The notes: generated by a model not told the origin, from the letters alone. Counted from the first letter of the stretch, positions 1 through 9,716 are shown. The stretch is DNA of 64,000 nt from Candidatus Yanofskybacteria bacterium (GCA_016185525.1 JACPNK010000002.1:75616-139615), one strand, 5' to 3'. A program made the numbers and translations.

Positions 1-657
1 TATTGAGACAATTTGGATATTAGGGTCAGCTACACTCTTTTGATTGAAGCCGCCGTAATGTTTTTGCAGATGCTCTTTGTTTTCGGACTCAATTCCTAAA
101 AGCTGTTCAATAAAGAATTTGCTGTTCTTTACTTCGTGGCTGTGATGGACTCTTATTTTCAGTTCCAGAGTAACGGGGTCGCCGTTACATCGGCAGTCTT
201 CAAACTTTTGGACTGCCAGAACTGACCAGCCTGAAAAAGAATCGAGAACGGCTTTAAGCATGGGTTCCGGTTCAAATTTACTGCAGTAAGAAACCAGGTC
301 GGCCAACATCGGACTGTATGAAGGCAGATTTAAGGCTTTATCAAAGTAAACTTTTGAAACCAGAAGGGGACTTGAGTTAAGGACCGGCAACACAACCGCT
401 TGGGCTTGCAGAGCAATAGCATATGCCTTAAGCGCCAAACAAGATTGTCCGAATGAGGCAATTTGTCCGACTATATTTTTAATCCGGGTTACGGCTTCAA
501 ACGGGTCAACAGTGTTTGTTTGATAATCTCCGTTTGCAAGATTTGGAGGCCCGGCAGCAATCGGAAATTTTAACCCCGTATTTGAAACTTTTTTTGCTTT
601 TTTTTCTACCGCCCAAAGCGGAAGTTCAAAATTTGTCCAGTTAATTTTAATTGCCAT
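1..657 (-). CDS. Hypothetical protein, partial (runs off the window start)
   Basis: ATG at 657-655 overlaps the end of the upstream ORF; MAIKINWTNFELPLWAVE... reads open in the segments I translated down to base 1. Absent from the ORF track, consistent with no stop in the window. Confidence 0.6.
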   Translation of the reverse strand, partial: MAIKINWTNFELPLWAVEKKAKKVSNTGLKFPIAAGPPNLANGDYQTNTVDPFEAVTRIKNIVGQIASFGQSCLALKAYAIALQAQAVVLPVLNSSPLLVSKVYFDKALNLPSYSPMLADLVSYCSKFEPEPMLKAVLDSFSGWSVLAVQKFEDCRCNGDPVTLELKIRVHHSHEVKNSKFFIEQLLGIESENKEHLQKHYGGFNQKSVADPNIQIVSI

Positions 658-1105
658 CTTTTTCCTCCTTTTCTTTTAGAGCTTCATCCAAAAGTTCTTG
701 AGTATTGGGCGGAAGTTCCCTGTCGTATCTTTTGGCATATTGAGCCAGTTTTTCGGGACAAATTATCTGATTTTCCGGATCCCAGAGGTTGTCCTGAAAA
801 TCTGTCTTGCCAATCTGAAAGAATCCGTTACGTCTTTTTCCCTTTTTATCTATTTCTTTAATTAAACAATTTATATCATCCCAGTTTGTTGGTATCCATT
901 CCATGTCGAGTTTTTGTCTCATGTAGTTGTAGGCGAACATGATGTCTTTTAGATAAGTAAAGCAAGTGTCTCTGACGGAGTTTCTTTTGCTGATTCTGTT
1001 GCATAATTCTTCAAACGGCGTCGGTTTTACCAGGTTTAGTTTGGTTGGTTCTATAGATACCGGGTCCTCTGTTTCTATGAAATTTTCGTCAAATCCGTGA
1101 GCCAT
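647..1105 (-). CDS. Hypothetical protein
   Basis: ORF track 647..1117; ATG at 1105 has a GGAGGT Shine-Dalgarno. No recognisable motif. Confidence 0.65.
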   Translation of the reverse strand: MAHGFDENFIETEDPVSIEPTKLNLVKPTPFEELCNRISKRNSVRDTCFTYLKDIMFAYNYMRQKLDMEWIPTNWDDINCLIKEIDKKGKRRNGFFQIGKTDFQDNLWDPENQIICPEKLAQYAKRYDRELPPNTQELLDEALKEKEEKDGN

Positions 1106-1185
1106 AAAAACCTCCACTTTTTAACCTTTGTTTTTAATGTTCTAACTTGACAAATACTCTAACAAAACCTTGACAAAATGTCAAT

Positions 1186-2262
1186 CTAGGTTAGCAACAG
1201 TACAAGGTGGAACCTTGTACTGTTGAAAAATAAAAACCCCCGTACTAGTTTGGGGGATTTTTCTGCCGAACTGGCAGTCAATTGCAAAGGAGTAACTTCT
1301 TCAAATTCGCCTTCAAGAATCATTTCCTGATTTTTGTTTCGCACCGTTGTTCGCAGACTTTCCAGTTTACCAGCGATTCTCAACCTGGCTTGCTCTATCC
1401 TGTTTAGAGTCTCTACTGAAGTTATTCTGTTTTTTTCGGCTTCATTAAAACTATTTAGCACTTCTTCAAAAACCTCAGAAGAACTTTCTATGGTCAACAA
1501 AACAGCATCTTTGGCTACAACTGCCGAAGCATTTAAACTCGCCAAGTTTCCAGCAACGTCACGTAAAACTATCGCCGGTCTGACGATATTCGCGAACGAA
1601 TGATACGCCAAATTAGCGTAGTTTACAGCCTTAACGCAGGCGGAAACTCCTTCGTGATAAAGTCGTTTCAGCGCTTCTGAATTTACGACATCTGCTTTGA
1701 GCGAAGAAATAATTTCTTGTCTGTGAACTTCTCGGTCTTCCGGAGTCAGAAGGTCAAATTCCTCCCTAAAAACTTCTGAAATCTCTCTTTGAATGGGAAT
1801 ATTGTTTCTTACGGCCACGTATTCCTGGAGTCTCCGAGCGTCCCACTCTTCTCTTTCTGCTGTTTCAATATCTGTTCTTAGTTTTTCCAACTTTGCTTTT
1901 TCCGTTTTTATGTCTGCAATCATTACTGCTGCAGAACCTTGAGTGGTGTTTATGTTTAGACGAAAAAGAGAATCTAACTTTTGCAGCGGATCAAGTTTTT
2001 CTACTAAAAGCTGTGTCCAGCCTTCCGGCATCACGAACTGTAAGCTTTGAGGCAGAATCATTTTAATAAGTCTAGCGAGTTTGTATTTTGCCTGTGCTTT
2101 TTTGGACGGGTCAATAACGTCCCTGATCAGACTTTGAGTTTCCTGAATTTTTGTTTTGCTGCGCTTTAAATTTTCAAGATTTTGCTTAAAAGCTTCGCTC
2201 ATGCCAAGTCCAGCCGTCTGGACCTCAAGAGAGCTATCTCTATATTTTACCAGACTGCTCAT
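1186..2262 (-). CDS. Hypothetical alpha-helical/coiled-coil protein
   Basis: 358-aa ORF coupled to the 2262..2519 ORF; E/K/L-rich helical composition. Confidence 0.7.
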   Translation of the reverse strand: MSSLVKYRDSSLEVQTAGLGMSEAFKQNLENLKRSKTKIQETQSLIRDVIDPSKKAQAKYKLARLIKMILPQSLQFVMPEGWTQLLVEKLDPLQKLDSLFRLNINTTQGSAAVMIADIKTEKAKLEKLRTDIETAEREEWDARRLQEYVAVRNNIPIQREISEVFREEFDLLTPEDREVHRQEIISSLKADVVNSEALKRLYHEGVSACVKAVNYANLAYHSFANIVRPAIVLRDVAGNLASLNASAVVAKDAVLLTIESSSEVFEEVLNSFNEAEKNRITSVETLNRIEQARLRIAGKLESLRTTVRNKNQEMILEGEFEEVTPLQLTASSAEKSPKLVRGFLFFNSTRFHLVLLLT

Positions 2263-2519
2263 TAGACACCCTCCTCTGTTCTGATTTTTGATTCTTCAAG
2301 CTTTCTCTCAAGCTGGACTTCCGCCAGTTCTAAAGCCATTTTCTTGGCTTTGTCCTCCGGCCAGCCTTCCTGCAGATAGCGCTCGTAAGTGGCCATCAAA
2401 ACATTTCCCATGTCTAGCTTAAGGGCTTCCTTAGCCTCTCCAATAGCTTCCCGCGCTTTTGCCGCGCCAATAGTAGCGGCGCCTTTTAACAAATCCACAA
2501 AAGTCTGTGTTTTGTTCAT
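2262..2519 (-). CDS. Small hypothetical protein
   Basis: 85-aa ORF, AGGAG upstream, stop overlaps the next start (TAATG). Confidence 0.65.
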   Translation of the reverse strand: MNKTQTFVDLLKGAATIGAAKAREAIGEAKEALKLDMGNVLMATYERYLQEGWPEDKAKKMALELAEVQLERKLEESKIRTEEGV

Positions 2520-2576
2520 GTCCGTGTTTACTCCTTTCTTTTTAAGAACTCGAACCGAACCGGTCCGTTGATAAGC

Positions 2577-2619
2577 ATGCTAGCACTTACTTGACTACTT
2601 GTCAACAGAGTGCTATCTT
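2577..2619. promoter_or_regulatory. Bidirectional sigma70 promoter on a TTGAC-N5-GTCAA palindrome
   Basis: Plus strand TTGACT(2591)-17bp-TATCTT with TG extension; minus strand TTGACA-17bp-TAGCAT. The 20-mer CTTACTTGACTACTTGTCAA recurs at 3906-3925. Confidence 0.65.
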
Positions 2620-2660
2620 ACTTTAAGTATTTCAGGGTTGTTTAACAAAGGACTAAAAAA

Positions 2661-3110
2661 ATGGAACAGGCATTGGTTAAGACAGGGACGCTGAATTTGA
2701 TTAAACCGGAATGTCCGACGACACAGTTGCTTCAGAAGATTTCGGAAATGAGGCAGAAAAATTTAACAGCGGAACAGCAGCAAAGTTTAGAAACTTTAGC
2801 AGGAAGATTTGGGGCAGCATTTGGAAGCTTAACCCGGGATTATTTAGGTTTGAATGTTGAGCAAATTTTGAGTTTATCCAGTTAGGAAAAGCAAGCTTTA
2901 TTTTTTGTAGTTTGCAGTAGAGCCAAAAAAAATTATCCTTTTTATGTTGCATTGGCTGTCGGAGTGCCTGTCATTGGCTGGTTTATGTTTACAGACAGTA
3001 AAACAATAGTGCTTGTTAACTCTTTGCGTAAAATTAAGAAAATGACCGGAAATAACTTTGATCCAGTAGAATTACTGTCAAAAAGTTTAGCCGGCTGGTG
3101 GCCTTGCTAG
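2661..3110 (+). pseudogene. Membrane protein paralog of 3980..4513 interrupted by an in-frame TAG
   Basis: After TAG (2883-2885) the frame continues EKQALF...VPVIGWF...SLRKIKKMTGNNFDPVE to 3110, aligning with ELEVLF...IPIFGWI...SLCKIKKIMGHEFNPVE of the intact copy. Confidence 0.75.
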
Positions 3111-3195
3111 TATGCAGTCCGGCCCACTCTTCTAATTAAGAACCCCATTACGATGGGGTTTTGTTTTTTTGGTTTACTTTTGTTATCATTTTCTT

Positions 3196-3384
3196 ATGCC
3201 GCAATTGTCTAAGAAAACAGCCCAAGAGTTTCAGGACGGGCTATTCAAAAAGATGTCTGCGTGGAAAAAAATCAGCTTGGCAAGCCAGTTTTACTGTTGG
3301 TCAAGAACGTTGCAAGCATTAAACAGCAACCATGGAACAAGAAAAACTTCTCTTAAAGCTGGGAAAAATACTCGGCAAACTTAA
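3196..3384 (+). CDS. Small putative antitoxin/partner of the nucleotidyltransferase
   Basis: 62-aa basic ORF from ATG 3196, overlapping the NTase gene, as in two-gene NTase modules. Confidence 0.5.
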   Translation: MPQLSKKTAQEFQDGLFKKMSAWKKISLASQFYCWSRTLQALNSNHGTRKTSLKAGKNTRQT

Positions 3385-3886
3385 AATCCCTTATCTTATA
3401 TCAGGGGGCATAGCGGTTGTTGTTTGGGGCAGGCCGAGGTTTACGGCTGACATTGACATAGTAGTAGAAATTTCGCCGGAGAAATTGGATGCTTTAGCCA
3501 CTGAACTTTTGGCCATAGACAAAGATGTTTATGTTGACAGGGAAACAATGGAAGAGGCTCTAAAAAAAGCCGGCGAATTTAATTTTATCCATCCCGCAAG
3601 CGGGCTTAAGGTTGATTTTTGGATATTTAAAAATGACGATTTTGATAAAGAAAGAATGAAGAGAAGAATTAAAAAGCAAATTGCCGGCCAGAAATTATAT
3701 TTTTCTTCTCCGGAAGATTTGATTTTAATCAAACTTTTGTGGTTCAAAGACAGTCAGTCTACCAGACAACTTGAAGATATCTCTTCTATTCTTAGAATTC
3801 AGGATAAACTTAACATCAGCTACATAAAAAAATGGGCAAAAAGACAAAGAACTTTGGATGTTTTTGAAAATTTACTCAAAACATAA
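3332..3886 (+). CDS. Nucleotidyltransferase (AbiEii/DUF6036-like), TA-module type
   Basis: GGIAVVVWGRPRFTADIDIV motif (GG..A....R.T.DID) and PEDLILIKL. Confidence 0.8.
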   Translation: MEQEKLLLKLGKILGKLKIPYLISGGIAVVVWGRPRFTADIDIVVEISPEKLDALATELLAIDKDVYVDRETMEEALKKAGEFNFIHPASGLKVDFWIFKNDDFDKERMKRRIKKQIAGQKLYFSSPEDLILIKLLWFKDSQSTRQLEDISSILRIQDKLNISYIKKWAKRQRTLDVFENLLKT

Positions 3887-3979
3887 CCAGACAAAAAGAT
3901 GACAGCTTACTTGACTACTTGTCAATAAACTGCTACCTTGTGTTTAGTATCCCATTAGTTCATTAAAAAGAGGTAAAAA

Positions 3980-4513
3980 GTGAAAAGCACCGAAGTAATT
4001 GAGTATGAATACCCAAAAACGCCTTATTGGTTTGTCGCGAAAAAAGACTTAAATTCTCAACCTCAACAGACATTAGAGTTAGTTAAGCATACTCCGAAGG
4101 AACAACTTCTTGGCAGGGTTGAACATATGCAGAAAAATAATTTAACAGCAGTGCAAATTAACAGAATAAAAGATTTAAAATTCAAAACTATGTACTACTT
4201 CAAAGAATTAACGGAACGTTATTTCGGACTAAGCAGAGAACAAATTTTACAATTGCCTGACAAAGAGCTTGAGGTCTTATTTGCCTTGGTTTATAAACGA
4301 GCTCGGAGGGCTTCTGTCTATACAAAAATACAGTTGCTTCTTATACCAATTTTTGGCTGGATATTCTTAGCCTTTACCTATTACGAAGGAGAAAGAAGTT
4401 TCCCAGCAATACGTTTTATCAGTTCTTTGTGTAAAATTAAGAAAATAATGGGACATGAATTTAATCCAGTTGAAGCAATGCGCAACGACAAATTTTTAAA
4501 TCTTTCCATTTAA
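3980..4513 (+). CDS. Hypothetical membrane protein
   Basis: 177-aa ORF, GAGG SD, one hydrophobic segment, paralog at 2661..3110. Confidence 0.7.
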   Translation: MKSTEVIEYEYPKTPYWFVAKKDLNSQPQQTLELVKHTPKEQLLGRVEHMQKNNLTAVQINRIKDLKFKTMYYFKELTERYFGLSREQILQLPDKELEVLFALVYKRARRASVYTKIQLLLIPIFGWIFLAFTYYEGERSFPAIRFISSLCKIKKIMGHEFNPVEAMRNDKFLNLSI

Positions 4514-4659
4514 ATTATTATGCCCTCTTTGAGGGTTTTGTTTTTCGGCGCTCTTCAGGTCCTGTCAGTCCTGTCAGGATGACCCTGACAGGATGACTTT
4601 GGCCTTGGCAACTGCTAAGGCTTTTTGTTTTTTTGGTTTACTTTTGTTATTATTTCCTT

Positions 4660-6117
4660 ATGTCTTTGGAAGATATAAAACAGGTAAAACTGGAAAAGTT
4701 GGAACTGCTTAAGAAAGCTGGGGTTGACCCTTACCCGGCCAAGTCTTGGCGCACGCATGAAATTAAGCAGGCTCTGGAAAATTTTGAAAAACTTTCTGAA
4801 GAGAAAGAAAGGATAGTTTTGGTCGGTCGGGTTATGGCTAAGCGAGAACATGGAGCATCTGTGTTTTTGGATATTCAAGATACCAGTGCCCAAACTCAAG
4901 TTTATTTTAAAAAAGATGTCATTGGCGACTATGACTATGAGCTTTTTTCCAAAACCGTTGATATCGGAGATTTTATTGAGGTTTCCGGTTTTTTATTTAA
5001 AACAAAAAAAGAAGAAAAAACTTTGGAAGTTGAGAAGTATCGGATGCTGGCAAAGTCTTTTTTGCCTTTGCCGGAAAAATGGCACGGACTGCAAGATATT
5101 GAGGAGCGTTTCCGCAAAAGATATTTGGATTTGATTTTTAATCCCGAAGTCAAGGAAAAGTTTGAGATGCGCAGTAAGATAGTCCAAACTTTGCGGGATT
5201 TCATGGTTGGGAACGAATTTATGGAAGTGGTGACGCCGACACTACAGCCTCTCTATGGCGGGGCTTCGGCTCGGCCGTTTAAAACACATATGCACGACTT
5301 GGATATAGATCTGTATTTACGTATTGCGCCGGAGCTTTATCTCAAAAGGCTTTTGGTTGGCGGTTTTGAAAAAGTTTTTGAATTTACGACTAACTTTCGA
5401 AATGAGGGCATGGACCGGGACCACAATCCTGAATTTTCTGTGTTGGAATTTTATGCCGCTTACAAAGATTTGGATTGGCTGATGAATTTTACCGAAGAAA
5501 TTTTTGAAAATTTGCTGGTTCAGGTTTTCGGCCAGGTGAAAATAAAATATGAAGACAAAGAGATTGATTTTGCTCGGCCTTTTAAAAGAGCTAGATTCAA
5601 TGATTTGCTTAAGAAATATTGCGATCTTGATTACGAAACAAACAGCGAAGATGAATTTTGGAACAAAGCCGAGAAATTAAATGTTAAAATAGAAAAAAAA
5701 GTCGCTAAGCCGGGTTTGGCTGACGAACTGTTTAAAAAAGTTGTCAGGCCAAAATTGCTAGAGCCGATTTTTGTGACTGATTGGCCGGCTGATGTTCTGC
5801 CTTTGGCTAAGAAAATATACAATTCTGATTTCGTAAACGCTTTTCAATTTTTTGCGGGCGGGAACGAACTTATAAAAGCGTTTCAGGAGTTGAATGATCC
5901 TTTGGATCAGCGCGCAAGATTTGAAGTCCAAGAAAACAGACGGGCAAAGGGCGAAGAAGAAGCCCAAAGAATGGATGAAGACTTTATTGAAGCCCTAGAA
6001 TATGGCATGCCGCCGGCGGCCGGCTGGGGCTTGGGAATTGACCGTTTGATAGCCATGCTCACCGATTCCCATTCGGTCAGAGAAGTGATATTGTTTCCAC
6101 TGATGAAACCAAGATAA
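4660..6117 (+). CDS. lysS: Lysine--tRNA ligase (class II)
   Basis: PLPEKWHGL, YLRIAPELYLKRL, FRNEG, YGMPPAAGWGLGIDRL. Start placed at ATG 4660. Confidence 0.97.
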   Translation: MSLEDIKQVKLEKLELLKKAGVDPYPAKSWRTHEIKQALENFEKLSEEKERIVLVGRVMAKREHGASVFLDIQDTSAQTQVYFKKDVIGDYDYELFSKTVDIGDFIEVSGFLFKTKKEEKTLEVEKYRMLAKSFLPLPEKWHGLQDIEERFRKRYLDLIFNPEVKEKFEMRSKIVQTLRDFMVGNEFMEVVTPTLQPLYGGASARPFKTHMHDLDIDLYLRIAPELYLKRLLVGGFEKVFEFTTNFRNEGMDRDHNPEFSVLEFYAAYKDLDWLMNFTEEIFENLLVQVFGQVKIKYEDKEIDFARPFKRARFNDLLKKYCDLDYETNSEDEFWNKAEKLNVKIEKKVAKPGLADELFKKVVRPKLLEPIFVTDWPADVLPLAKKIYNSDFVNAFQFFAGGNELIKAFQELNDPLDQRARFEVQENRRAKGEEEAQRMDEDFIEALEYGMPPAAGWGLGIDRLIAMLTDSHSVREVILFPLMKPR

Positions 6118-6209
6118 GTTATAAAGTTTATCAAGTTATAAAGTTCATAAAGTAAGAACAGAATATAAAACTTTAAGAACTTTCAACTTTACAAACTTGA
6201 TGAACTTGC
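6113..6209. repeat. Degenerate short tandem repeats in inverted arrangement (hairpin)
   Basis: AAGTT-cored units (aagttat/aaagtttat/caagttat/aaagttcat) followed by mirror AACTT-cored units, between lysS and serS. Confidence 0.65.
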
Positions 6210-6218
6210 GCAAAGCGC

Positions 6219-7466
6219 ATGCTTGACATCAAATTCATTCGTCAAAATCCGGAGTTAGTTAAAGAAGCGTCTCGGAAAAAGGGAGTCAAAGTTGATATTG
6301 ACCAGCTTTTGGCTGTGGATGAGAGGCGCAGGCATGTTTTGCGGGAATTGGAACAAAAAAGAAGCGAACAGAACAAGGGCTCTACGGGTGGACCGAAATT
6401 GCCGGTTGAGTTAGAGAAATTAAAAAAACTGAAAGAAGAAATTAAAATTCTTGAAGAGGGGATCGGTCATATTGAAAAAGAATTTGACGAACTGATGCTT
6501 CAAGTGCCGCAAGTTCCCGATGTTTCAGTTCCGGAGGGCAGGAGCGATGCTGACAACAAAGAAATCAGAAATTGGGGCAAGATTCCTAAATTTGATTTTA
6601 AGGCAAAAGACTATGTAGAACTTATGGCGGATTTAAATTTGATTGACACAGAAAGGGGGGCCAAGGTTTCCGGTTTCCGAGGTTATTTTCTAAAAAACGA
6701 AGCCGTCTTGCTTTCTCAAGCCTTATGGAGTTTGGCTTTAGAGAAAATTATTAAAAAAGGTTTTACGCCTCTTGTCGCTCCGGCTATCGCTAAAGGTTTT
6801 AATTTTGTCGGCACCGGCTGGCTGCCGCAGGGTAAAGACGAGGTTTATAAAATTGGTGAGGATGACTTTTTAATTGGCACCTCTGAAGTTTCGGTTATGG
6901 GTTATCACGCCAATGAGGTTTTGTCGGAAAAGAATTTGCCTAAAAAATATATTGCTTTTTCTCCTTGTTTTCGTTCCGAGGCCGGTTCTTATGGCAAGGA
7001 CACAAAAGGAATTTTCCGGGTGCATGAATTTTATAAAATTGAGCAGGTAGTTATTTGTAAAAATGACCACGAAGAATCAGTAAGGTGGCACGAGGAAATT
7101 ACCAAGAATTCCGAAGAATTAATGCAAGCCCTGAAACTGCCGTACAGAGTTGTGGTAAATTGCGCCGGTGACTTAGGTTTGGGACAAGTGAAGAAATATG
7201 ATATTGAGACTTGGTTGCCTTCTCAAGAGAGATACAGAGAAACTCATTCGGCTTCTTACTTTCACGATTTTCAGACCAGAAGATTGGGCATAAGATACAA
7301 AGACAAACACAGTAAAATACAATTTGCCTACTCGCTTAATAATACCGCCGTTGCCACGCCCAGAATTTTGGCGAATATTGTGGAAAATTATCAGACCAAG
7401 AAGGGGACGGTAAAAATTCCGAAGGTTTTGCAGAAGTATATGTTTGGGGTTAAAGAAATAAAATGA
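6219..7466 (+). CDS. serS: Serine--tRNA ligase
   Basis: MLDIKFIR start, GAKVSG, CFRSEAGSYGKDTKGIFRVHEF, LNNTAVATPR. Confidence 0.97.
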   Translation: MLDIKFIRQNPELVKEASRKKGVKVDIDQLLAVDERRRHVLRELEQKRSEQNKGSTGGPKLPVELEKLKKLKEEIKILEEGIGHIEKEFDELMLQVPQVPDVSVPEGRSDADNKEIRNWGKIPKFDFKAKDYVELMADLNLIDTERGAKVSGFRGYFLKNEAVLLSQALWSLALEKIIKKGFTPLVAPAIAKGFNFVGTGWLPQGKDEVYKIGEDDFLIGTSEVSVMGYHANEVLSEKNLPKKYIAFSPCFRSEAGSYGKDTKGIFRVHEFYKIEQVVICKNDHEESVRWHEEITKNSEELMQALKLPYRVVVNCAGDLGLGQVKKYDIETWLPSQERYRETHSASYFHDFQTRRLGIRYKDKHSKIQFAYSLNNTAVATPRILANIVENYQTKKGTVKIPKVLQKYMFGVKEIK

Positions 7467-7472
7467 CTAGAT

Positions 7473-7634
7473 AAGCTTCGCGGATACAACCTTTTCGGTA
7501 CTTTCGTCTGCTCCAGCGGCAGATTCACTCGCTGTTCGCCTGGGTTTCAGGAGAAGTTAAAGATAAATTATACTTCTCCTGACCAAGCAAACCGCAGGCT
7601 CACAGCGACCTCAAAGGTTGTGTCCGCTACGCTT
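7473..7634. repeat. Nested inverted-repeat element (MITE-like or structured RNA)
   Basis: GCGGATACAACCTTT (7480-7494) pairs with AAAGGTTGTGTCCGC (7613-7627); inner stems TCGCTGT/ACAGCGA and TCAGGAGAAGT/ACTTCTCCTGA. Confidence 0.65.
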
Positions 7635-7652
7635 TTATGATTTTTTATGTAA

Positions 7653-8771
7653 ATGAATACTCAAAACCAAAAAACTTGGGTAGAAATTTCAAAAGATGCT
7701 CTCAAGTACAATGTAGAAACTATAAAAAGGCTGGCTCAAGGAAAGATTGTGATGGGAGTGGTGAAATCTAACGCTTACGGGCACGGCTTGGTGGAAACTG
7801 CCAAGCTCTTTTTAAAATACGGCGTTGATTGGCTGGGCGTAGATAATGTTGATGAAGCTGTTCTGCTTCGCAAAGCCAAAGTAAGCTCCCTCATTTTGGT
7901 TTTAGGCTACACGCCAGTAGCTTTCTTTTCTCTGGCGGCAAAGTACAAAATAAAACTGACTTTGTATGGCGAAGAAGTTTTTAAGCAATCGTCAAAATTC
8001 AAAAAACAAATTGATTTTCATCTGAAAGTTGACACCGGTATGTCTCGCCAAGGTGTCACCTTGGACGATTTGCCCGGATACCTAGCGTCCTTAAAAAATT
8101 TTTCGGATGTAAAACTTGAGGGCGTTTTTACTCATTTTGCCAATGCTGACAATCTCTCTGACCCCAGTTATCCCAGACGGCAGTTGGCTAATTTCCGCCA
8201 AGCTTTGGAGATAATCAAAAATTTTGGTTTAACGCCAAAAATGGTTCACGCCGCCGCTACCACCGGGCTTTTTGCTTTACCCGAAGCTTTATTTGATATG
8301 GTCAGAATCGGGGTTGCGTTTTACGGCTTATGGCCGTCGCAGGAGTTTAAAAATCGTTTCTCTAGTTTTAATTTGAAGCCGGTTTTGAATTGGAAAACCA
8401 GAATTATACAAATTAAAAAAATCTCTAGGGGCACTCCGGTCGGCTATGGTATCACCGAAAAAGTTAAGAAGGATTCGCTGATAGCTTTACTGCCCATCGG
8501 CTACTACGATGGTTATTTCAGAGCTCTTTCTTCGATTGGCGAAGTTTTAATTTCTGGCTCACGCTGTAAAATTCTAGGCAGAATTTCTATGAATTTATCG
8601 GTAGTTGATATCAGTGCAATTAACGGCGCTAAAGTCGGCGATGAAGCGGTTTTGATCGGCCAAATGGGCGGAGAACAGATAACGGCTGAAGAAATTGCAA
8701 AAAGACTCGGCACGATAAGCTACGAGGTGGTTTCTAGAATCAATCCTTTACTTCCCAGGATTTACATCTAA
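7653..8771 (+). CDS. alr: Alanine racemase
   Basis: VVKSNAYGHG PLP-lysine motif, HLKVDTGMSRQG, IGYYDG, TISYEV. Confidence 0.96.
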   Translation: MNTQNQKTWVEISKDALKYNVETIKRLAQGKIVMGVVKSNAYGHGLVETAKLFLKYGVDWLGVDNVDEAVLLRKAKVSSLILVLGYTPVAFFSLAAKYKIKLTLYGEEVFKQSSKFKKQIDFHLKVDTGMSRQGVTLDDLPGYLASLKNFSDVKLEGVFTHFANADNLSDPSYPRRQLANFRQALEIIKNFGLTPKMVHAAATTGLFALPEALFDMVRIGVAFYGLWPSQEFKNRFSSFNLKPVLNWKTRIIQIKKISRGTPVGYGITEKVKKDSLIALLPIGYYDGYFRALSSIGEVLISGSRCKILGRISMNLSVVDISAINGAKVGDEAVLIGQMGGEQITAEEIAKRLGTISYEVVSRINPLLPRIYI

Positions 8772-8776
8772 AAACA

Positions 8777-9592
8777 ATGAAAACCGTCAGCGATGTCTAT
8801 CAAGCCAAATATTTGGCCAAAAAAAGAAAAAGAATATTTTTGCGTTTGTTTCTTTGGTTTATCTTTGGCTTGGCTATTATTGTTGGGCTTGTTTATCTTT
8901 TATTTTTCTCAAAACTTTTCTATGTTAAAGAGGTTTCTATCGCCAACCAAAGCTTTATTTCCAACCAAGAAATCGGGCAGGCGGTTGATGAATTTCTTGC
9001 TCAAAAAAGATTTTTTGTTTCAGGCTTCAGTAATTTGATTTTTGTTGAAAGCGATAAGATCCAATCCTTGGTTATTAATAATTTTCCTCAAGCTGAAAAT
9101 GTGACTGTGGAAAAAGAGTACCCTCATACCGTCAAAATTTCTTTGGACGGCAAAACGGCTCTGGGAGTCTGGTGCTTTAGTATGAGCGATCAGAATAAGT
9201 GTTTTTACTTTGATAAAAACGGTGTAGCTTTTGAAACTTCAGCCGATTCTGACGGCCCGCTTCTTTTGAGGATTGAGGATGAGAAAGGCCGGTTTGAAAA
9301 GTTGGGTCAAGCGGTTGCCGACAAAGAATTGCTATCTTTTATTTTGTCAATAAGACCGGAACTGGAAAAAATTAAGATTGATATTAAAAAAATAACAATA
9401 CCGGCAGTTGAATATTTTAGAATAGACGCTGAAACTTCTGAAGGCTGGAAAGTTTACTTTAGTACCAGAGATGATCTAAAAAACCAAGTCAACTCACTTA
9501 ATGTTTTTTTAAGCCAAAAAATATCCCCTGAAAAAAGAAGCCAGCTGCAGTATATTGATGTCAGAATCCCAAATAGGGTGTATTATAAGTGA
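8777..9592 (+). CDS. ftsQ: FtsQ/DivIB-like cell division protein
   Basis: Basic N-terminus plus one TM helix, POTRA-like KEYPHTVKI, C-terminal YIDVRIPNRVYYK. Confidence 0.75.
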   Translation: MKTVSDVYQAKYLAKKRKRIFLRLFLWFIFGLAIIVGLVYLLFFSKLFYVKEVSIANQSFISNQEIGQAVDEFLAQKRFFVSGFSNLIFVESDKIQSLVINNFPQAENVTVEKEYPHTVKISLDGKTALGVWCFSMSDQNKCFYFDKNGVAFETSADSDGPLLLRIEDEKGRFEKLGQAVADKELLSFILSIRPELEKIKIDIKKITIPAVEYFRIDAETSEGWKVYFSTRDDLKNQVNSLNVFLSQKISPEKRSQLQYIDVRIPNRVYYK

Positions 9593-9716
9593 GTTTCAAC
9601 TAACCCTTGACTTGTTCTAAGTTTTCTGTTACACTTGTTTTTGGTTGTAGTAAATTAAAAACCAACAAGGCAGTTATGCCTGGGCTCAATGTCCGAAAAT
9701 AGCAAGGAGAAAAGGA

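Noticed and set aside
2883-2885. Genome-wide stop-codon reassignment (TAG or TGA)
   Set aside because: glmS and dnaX end in TAG and serS in TGA at expected positions; in-frame TAGs were seen only in two decayed genes.
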